40,024 nt of DNA from the UHGV virus genome UHGV-0210832; one strand, 5' to 3'. The position numbers and the translations under genes were made by a program. The notes below the pieces were generated by a model. The model was not told where the DNA came from, made no database searches, and worked only from the letters and a program-made list of their open reading frames with translations. This DNA comes from a virus. Shown here in pieces: positions 35,216 through 40,024 of this stretch. The first letter of the stretch is position 1, and every line of letters begins with the position of its first letter.

Positions 35216-37323
35216 GTTTACCAGAGGGATTTGTTCTGGATGAACAGCCTGATAACTCACAGCTTCCTGATGGCTTTGTGCTTGATGCCCAACCAGAACA
35301 GCAGCAATCTCCTTTGGTTTCACCAGAGGAAAATTCCAGACAGGAAAATGTTGTTAATAATGCTAACGGTTTCGACCGTTTTATGTATGGCGTTCTCAGT
35401 GGATTGATGGATGTTGGTAAAGGTGTTGGTCTATTTCAGGATATGACACCAGAAGAGCAAGCCGCAATTCAGTCTCTACAGCAGAAGTTAGCGGCAAAAC
35501 CATCAACCGCACAAGATGTTGGTGAGTTCGTTGGACAAGCAGCACCATTTGTTAGTGGTGGTGGGATTATTTCTCAGGTTCCGAAAGGGGCGGCAAGGCT
35601 GGCTGCCGCCGCAGGGCTTGGTGCTGGAGAAGGGGCTATTGTAGCCAATGGAACAAATAGCGATGTTGCTTCTGGAGCTGCTATTGGCGCTGTGGCTGGC
35701 CCTGTAGCAGAGATTGTTGGTCCAGCTCTTGGGAAGATTGCAGGAAAAATTAAAAATAGTGCCGGAGATATTTATCGCTCATCCGTAGGGATGGGGAGTA
35801 AATCATCTAAAGCAACGTTAAAGAAAGCTGCTGGCGCAATGGACAATAAATTTATCGGCGGCCAACGAGCTATTCAAGATTTCGCCGATGAAGTTAATCC
35901 TGATTTTAACGCGATAAATGCTATTCGTGAGCTAGAACTGGAAAATTATGCCACTCCAGGCATGATCTCTAATAATCCTGCTGTCAGGGCTCTTGATAAT
36001 GCAGTGGCAAGTCTCCCTGGAACAGAGATTAGTGAGGCGCATAAGCGTTTTATTACTGAATTAGGAAGAAAAGCTGATGAAATGATAACTTCATTTGGGG
36101 GAAGCCTTGATAAGCAACTGGTTTCTGACAGGCTTGCAGATAATTTTGATAAAACCATTTCATCATTACAAAATCAGTCAGATAACATCTACAACAAAAT
36201 TGCCGAAAAGGTTCCTGTAAGAGACCGGATTGAGGCAACTAATACATTGAATTTTTTAGAGGATTTTGCTGATGATATAGGTGGAATTGATGAATTATCT
36301 CCAATAATGAAGCGGACATTGAACCGACTTGATCCAAACACCTTGCCAACGTATGGGCGTTTAGATCTCGCTAGAAAGCAGGTTGGACAAGCTATTGGCA
36401 AAGGCTCTGGTCCATTCAAGGATGAAGAAACAGGTGTTCTTAAAAAGTTATATGCAGCCATAACAGATGACCAACAGGCTGTCGCAGAAAAATATGGCGC
36501 AGGGGAATTATGGACGCTTGGTAAGGAGTTGGTAAAAAAACGAAAATCCATTGAAGATGATGCTGTAACCGTCTTGGGTAGAAAACTTCAGCAATCAGCA
36601 ATTCCAAAAGTTGAAAGTGCTGTTGTTAATATGGCAAAAGGAAACGGTGGCGACTTTAGGCAATTAATGAAGTCGATTCCAAAGGATATGCGGCAGGAAG
36701 TTGCGCTCACCTCAATGAATAAAGCATTTACCAGCTATGCCAAATCACCTGGTCAGCAATTAGGAGTTGATGGATTTGTAAAATGGTATAACGGAATGTC
36801 ACGCAATGGGGCCAATATGAAGGCTCTCCGTGATGCTATTGGCACAGATGCATCAAAGCGCCTTGATACGATTTATCAAGCAGCTAAGGCTATGAATAGA
36901 CTCAATACTGGTAAGCAGTATGCTAGTAGTCTTGTGGATCAGCAAGTTAATAACTTTCTGAAAGAAAAGGGTAGTCTCGCAAAAATTTATGGAATAGCCT
37001 CAAAAGCTGCTGCGGCGGAAGGTATTACAAGCTTATCTGGTCTTCCTGGTGTAGGTGCAACAGGGGTGATAACGTCAGCATTGATGTCAGGGAAAACAAG
37101 TAGGATAAAGGCTGCTGATGCTCTACTGTCTTCTCCTGAGTTTAAATCAATGCTATTTCGCCTGCAAAACGCACCAGTAGACAGAGCAGAAGTGAGACGC
37201 GCAATAGAAAGGAAACTGATGCAATCTGGGGCATTTAAGAGATGGGAGAAAACCTTATCAACAGATGAAGCAAAAACCATTGCCCGCACGGGGATTATTA
37301 CATGGCTCGCTAGTGACAGTTAG
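35200..37323 (+). CDS. Ejection (DNA transfer) protein, P22 gp16-like
   Basis: 707 aa, last gene of the rightward morphogenesis block; contains Gly/Ala-rich hydrophobic segment (AAAGLGAGEGAIVANG...AIGAVAGPVAEIVGPALG). Confidence 0.6.
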   Translation: MATNVGLPEGFVLDEQPDNSQLPDGFVLDAQPEQQQSPLVSPEENSRQENVVNNANGFDRFMYGVLSGLMDVGKGVGLFQDMTPEEQAAIQSLQQKLAAKPSTAQDVGEFVGQAAPFVSGGGIISQVPKGAARLAAAAGLGAGEGAIVANGTNSDVASGAAIGAVAGPVAEIVGPALGKIAGKIKNSAGDIYRSSVGMGSKSSKATLKKAAGAMDNKFIGGQRAIQDFADEVNPDFNAINAIRELELENYATPGMISNNPAVRALDNAVASLPGTEISEAHKRFITELGRKADEMITSFGGSLDKQLVSDRLADNFDKTISSLQNQSDNIYNKIAEKVPVRDRIEATNTLNFLEDFADDIGGIDELSPIMKRTLNRLDPNTLPTYGRLDLARKQVGQAIGKGSGPFKDEETGVLKKLYAAITDDQQAVAEKYGAGELWTLGKELVKKRKSIEDDAVTVLGRKLQQSAIPKVESAVVNMAKGNGGDFRQLMKSIPKDMRQEVALTSMNKAFTSYAKSPGQQLGVDGFVKWYNGMSRNGANMKALRDAIGTDASKRLDTIYQAAKAMNRLNTGKQYASSLVDQQVNNFLKEKGSLAKIYGIASKAAAAEGITSLSGLPGVGATGVITSALMSGKTSRIKAADALLSSPEFKSMLFRLQNAPVDRAEVRRAIERKLMQSGAFKRWEKTLSTDEAKTIARTGIITWLASDS

Positions 37324-37547
37324 TCAACTTTGGTTATTTTGCCTTCTTTTTCTTGATGAACTTTGCATCCATCATCTTTTGATAGCCAAACTAAAAACTT
37401 TAAAACCTTAAACACAAGTACGGCTACTGCAATGAAAGCACCAATTGCAATTATTGCAAGCGAAATTATTTGCATTGGTGCTTTTAATGCAGGGAAAATA
37501 GTGTAAATGATCGCGAAAACAGTAATTATGAGGAACCATCGCTTCAC
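37320..37547 (-). CDS. Small membrane protein (75 aa, 2 predicted TM helices)
   Basis: GTG start with AAGGAGG RBS 5 nt upstream; hydrophobic WFLIITVFAIIYTIFPAL and IISLAIIAIGAFIAVAVLVF. Confidence 0.45.
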   Translation of the reverse strand: MKRWFLIITVFAIIYTIFPALKAPMQIISLAIIAIGAFIAVAVLVFKVLKFLVWLSKDDGCKVHQEKEGKITKVD

Positions 37548-37577
37548 ACCAACCTCCTTAGTTTTGAGCAGGATACC

Positions 37578-37943
37578 ATGAAAAAAGTTAACATTGGAAA
37601 CGTACCAAAGATGCTCGTTCCGCTCTTTGAGAGCGGTACAATTGTGTTTTGTAGAGACTTTCCAGAATGGCAACGCCTGCATCAAAAACTTGGCGTTGAC
37701 GTGCATGACTCGGACGCCAACGGAGCGTCTCATACAATGAGTAGCGAGAATGGTGTTTTGCATGTGATAGGCGTGTTCAATGGCAAACTATCTACTATTG
37801 CCCATGAGTGCGCTCACATGGCATTCGATATCTGCTCAAGGGTAGGTGTTGATGTTGAACCAGGAAGAGCCAACGAGACTTACTGCTACTTAATGAGCAG
37901 GCTTGTTGAGTTCTGCGAGCGACATATCAAAAAGCCGGAGTGA
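37578..37943 (+). CDS. Small HExxH-motif protein (putative zinc metallopeptidase-like), 121 aa
   Basis: Motif IAHECAHMAF (H-E-x-x-H) in a soluble-looking 121-aa protein; AGGA RBS. Function inferred from the motif only. Confidence 0.45.
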   Translation: MKKVNIGNVPKMLVPLFESGTIVFCRDFPEWQRLHQKLGVDVHDSDANGASHTMSSENGVLHVIGVFNGKLSTIAHECAHMAFDICSRVGVDVEPGRANETYCYLMSRLVEFCERHIKKPE

Positions 37944-37956
37944 CCCGGCTTGATTA

Positions 37957-38181
37957 TTACTTTTTTTGGTATGTTAAGAATGGCAAGTCGCCAGTGTACC
38001 CCAAGCGGAAAAGCTCCAATTGCTTATCTCTTATGGATAAAAAATAATCGTTTCTTGCCTTTTTAAGCCACAACCAGCCGATCATCAAGATGAATAATAT
38101 TGATATTATTGGCATCGGGGAGATCAACACCACTCCGATGAATAATGACGCTAGCAGCACCGATAAAATAGCAGAAATCAT
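37957..38181 (-). CDS. Small membrane protein (74 aa)
   Basis: Two hydrophobic helices (ILSVLLASLFIGVVLI and IISILFILMIGWLWL); sits where P22 carries superinfection-exclusion functions. Confidence 0.45.
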   Translation of the reverse strand: MISAILSVLLASLFIGVVLISPMPIISILFILMIGWLWLKKARNDYFLSIRDKQLELFRLGYTGDLPFLTYQKK

Positions 38182-38206
38182 ACTAATCTCCCACTAAGGT
38201 AACAAT

Positions 38207-38392
38207 ATGACCATAGAAGAACGCCTGAACAACATTGAATTGAATCAAACCTTGCTTGACCAGCGCCTTTCAGATCTTGAGCTTAAAGATCTTGATGCGC
38301 AAATATCAGAAGCAGAAGCCAAGCTCTCCAGCTTAAACCACCGCAAGAAGCAAATCCGCAACAGAATTACTCAGGGACGCGGAAGCTGTTGA
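38207..38392 (+). CDS. Small predicted coiled-coil protein (61 aa)
   Basis: AAGGT RBS 6 nt upstream; heptad-like LNNIELNQTLLDQRLSDLELKDLDAQISEAEAKL; 3' end overlaps convergently with the next minus-strand ORF, so uncertain. Confidence 0.3.
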   Translation: MTIEERLNNIELNQTLLDQRLSDLELKDLDAQISEAEAKLSSLNHRKKQIRNRITQGRGSC

Positions 38393-38576
38393 GGTGGGAT
38401 GCTAGGTCTCTATCGTTAAAATCAAGGCTGCTAATCATTTCATTGTAAATGGCGTTTTTATCTTCCATTGGCAGCCTTGAGTAAACCAGACACAGAGCAT
38501 ATTTCAGGGAGTTTAGCTCTTTCTCTAGATCTTCCTTGCTTGACGTTTTTGACTTAATAAACTGTTTTTTATTCAT
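38367..38576 (-). CDS. Hypothetical protein (69 aa) translationally coupled downstream of mnt
   Basis: ATGA overlap with the mnt stop. Confidence 0.45.
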   Translation of the reverse strand: MNKKQFIKSKTSSKEDLEKELNSLKYALCLVYSRLPMEDKNAIYNEMISSLDFNDRDLASHLNSFRVPE

Positions 38577-38809
38577 TTTGCATCCTTACCATACATGGTT
38601 TTCAGTGTTTCAAGCAGCGCATCCCTGAATTTGTCAGCCTCTTTCTGAGCAAATTCATTGCTATTAAGCGATCTACCACAAACAGCATCTTCGATAATCT
38701 GTATTATTTCAGCATTCATGGAACGCTTATTATGTTGCGCCCTGGCTTTAACCTTTGCCTTTAACTCTTTGGAAATCCTGATATTTATTTGCGGCTCTTC
38801 GCGTGACAT
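38573..38809 (-). CDS. mnt: Mnt-like ribbon-helix-helix repressor
   Basis: 78 aa; N-terminal QINIRISKELKAKVKARAQHNKRSMNAEIIQIIEDA matches the Arc/Mnt RHH pattern (P22 Mnt FNFRMPMEVREKLKFRAEANGRSMNSELLQIV, from memory). Confidence 0.75.
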   Translation of the reverse strand: MSREEPQINIRISKELKAKVKARAQHNKRSMNAEIIQIIEDAVCGRSLNSNEFAQKEADKFRDALLETLKTMYGKDAK

Positions 38810-38897
38810 ACCACCTCCATAGCATTTTGGTGATATTACTATTGCATCACTGCGATCACAATGGTATAACGGTTATACCAAATTGATTGGAGGTAAT
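38810..38897. promoter_or_regulatory. Divergent mnt/arc-ant control region (probable Omnt/Oarc operators and promoters)
   Basis: 88-bp AT-rich spacer between divergent mnt and arc containing the dyad tggtataaccgttataccaa; operator identity is by analogy to P22 immI. Confidence 0.45.
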
Positions 38898-39071
38898 ATG
38901 ATAGTCAAGTCAGACGCACCAAAGTACCCTTTGCGCATCCCATTAGAGGTTAAGTTAGCAATCGAGAAGTCAGCGAAAGAAAATGGTCGCTCAATAAATA
39001 CCGAGATGGTAATGCGGTTAGTGGATAGTTTAAGGCGGGATAGTTCTAAAGGTAATCTAGCAAAAAGTTGA
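38898..39071 (+). CDS. arc: Arc-like ribbon-helix-helix repressor
   Basis: Start at MIVKSDAPKYPLRIPLEV (ATG 38898) with GGAGGT RBS; RHH core PLEVKLAIEKSAKENGRSINTEMVMRL resembles P22 Arc. Confidence 0.7.
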   Translation: MIVKSDAPKYPLRIPLEVKLAIEKSAKENGRSINTEMVMRLVDSLRRDSSKGNLAKS

Positions 39072-39133
39072 AGCCCCAACTGCGGTAACAGTCAGGGCTT
39101 CGGTATCAACAAATCGGATTAGGAAATATTGAC

Positions 39134-40012
39134 ATGAAAAGTATAGCAAAGGCACAAAACGATTTCACCATCTTCAAATTCGGCGACAGTGAAATCCGCG
39201 TCATCAACAAATGCGGTGAGCCGTGGTTTGTAGCAAAAGATGTTTGTGATGCTTTAACCCTGACTAACTCACGCAAGGCGCTTACTGCACTTGATGACGA
39301 TGAAAAGGGAGTAACTTTAAGTTACACCCTTGGTGGTGAGCAGAATCTAAGCATTGTTAGCGAATCAGGTATGTATACATTGGTTCTGCGCTGCCGCGAT
39401 GCTGTCAATAAAGGTTCGGTCCCGCACAAATTCCGCAAGTGGGTAACAGCAGAAGTTCTACCTTCAATTCGCAAACATGGCGAGTATGTGAAAGGCAAGA
39501 AAACCACTGTTGAGGAAAGAACGCCGCTACGCGATGCAGTAAACATGCTGGTAGGAAAGAAAGGACTTCGCTATGACGATGCATACAATATGGTTCATCA
39601 GCGTTTTGGTATTGACAGCATTGATGAACTTTCAATTGAACAAATCCCGCTGGCCGTAGAGTACATCCACAGGGTAGTGCTTGAAGGCGAGTTTATCGGC
39701 AAACAAGAGAAGAAAACCAACGAGCTTTCTGCAAAAGAAGCAAACAGCCTTGTATGGTTATGGGATTATGCCAACCGTTCACAGGCATTATTCCGCGAAC
39801 TGTATCCGGCGCTAAAACAAATTCAATCGAACTATTCCGGCAGATGCTACGACTACGGTCATGAGTTCTCGTATGTTATCGGAATGGCGAGAGACGTTTT
39901 AATAAACCACACACGAGATGTTGATATTAATGAGCCAGACGGACCAACGAATCTTTCCGCATGGATGAGACTTAAGAATAAAGAATTACCTCCTTCAGTA
40001 CATAACTACTGA
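39134..40012 (+). CDS. ant: Antirepressor Ant (Bro-N/AntA N-terminal domain)
   Basis: 292 aa; N-terminal [45 protein letters not shown] is a classic Bro-N/Ant pattern; follows arc as in P22 immI. Confidence 0.8.
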   Translation: MKSIAKAQNDFTIFKFGDSEIRVINKCGEPWFVAKDVCDALTLTNSRKALTALDDDEKGVTLSYTLGGEQNLSIVSESGMYTLVLRCRDAVNKGSVPHKFRKWVTAEVLPSIRKHGEYVKGKKTTVEERTPLRDAVNMLVGKKGLRYDDAYNMVHQRFGIDSIDELSIEQIPLAVEYIHRVVLEGEFIGKQEKKTNELSAKEANSLVWLWDYANRSQALFRELYPALKQIQSNYSGRCYDYGHEFSYVIGMARDVLINHTRDVDINEPDGPTNLSAWMRLKNKELPPSVHNY

Positions 40013-40024
40013 CAGATAACCAAC

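Noticed and set aside
37548-37763. N-terminal 72 codons of the 147-aa minus-strand ORF 37320-37763
   Set aside because: This extension has odd composition and overlaps the HExxH + strand gene; a GTG with a perfect AAGGAGG RBS at 37547 gives a sensible 75-aa membrane protein, so the long form was not reported.
1-40024. CRISPR arrays, insertion sequences or transposase genes
   Set aside because: No spaced direct-repeat arrays, terminal inverted repeats or transposase-like ORFs were seen; the only repeat structures are operators, the iteron-like ori and terminator hairpins.

Overview
This window is a near-complete genome (about 40 kb) of a temperate P22-like podophage of enterobacteria, strongly mosaic with lambda-type modules. 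All protein identifications rest on reading the supplied translations against remembered family sequences and motifs; no database search was run. Layout: 5'-truncated tailspike (1-1644); lambda-like attP, int and xis (1880-3374, minus strand); a long leftward early operon (3459-11229, minus) carrying accessory genes, a Sak4-type recombination module, kil, cIII and an N-like antiterminator; the immunity region (OL/pL, a two-gene insert in the rexAB-equivalent position, cI, OR, cro, cII; 11469-14326); replication genes O and a DnaB-type helicase with a probable internal origin; a nin-like region with NinB, Dam-type methyltransferase, RusA and Q (16988-20368); two candidate phage tRNAs (Asn-GUU, Thr-UGU); a lambda-type lysis cassette S/R/Rz/Rz1; an Sf6-type morphogenesis block from small terminase to ejection proteins (23478-37323); and an immI-like region with mnt, arc and ant (37320-40012). 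The window begins inside the tailspike gene and ends just after ant, so it is circularly permuted relative to the usual map. The best candidates for an undescribed system are (1) the ClpP-fold serine-protease-like gene plus a small coiled-coil gene sitting exactly where lambda carries rexAB, (2) unknown pL-operon genes between N and cIII, and (3) small genes including an HExxH protein between the ejection genes and mnt.
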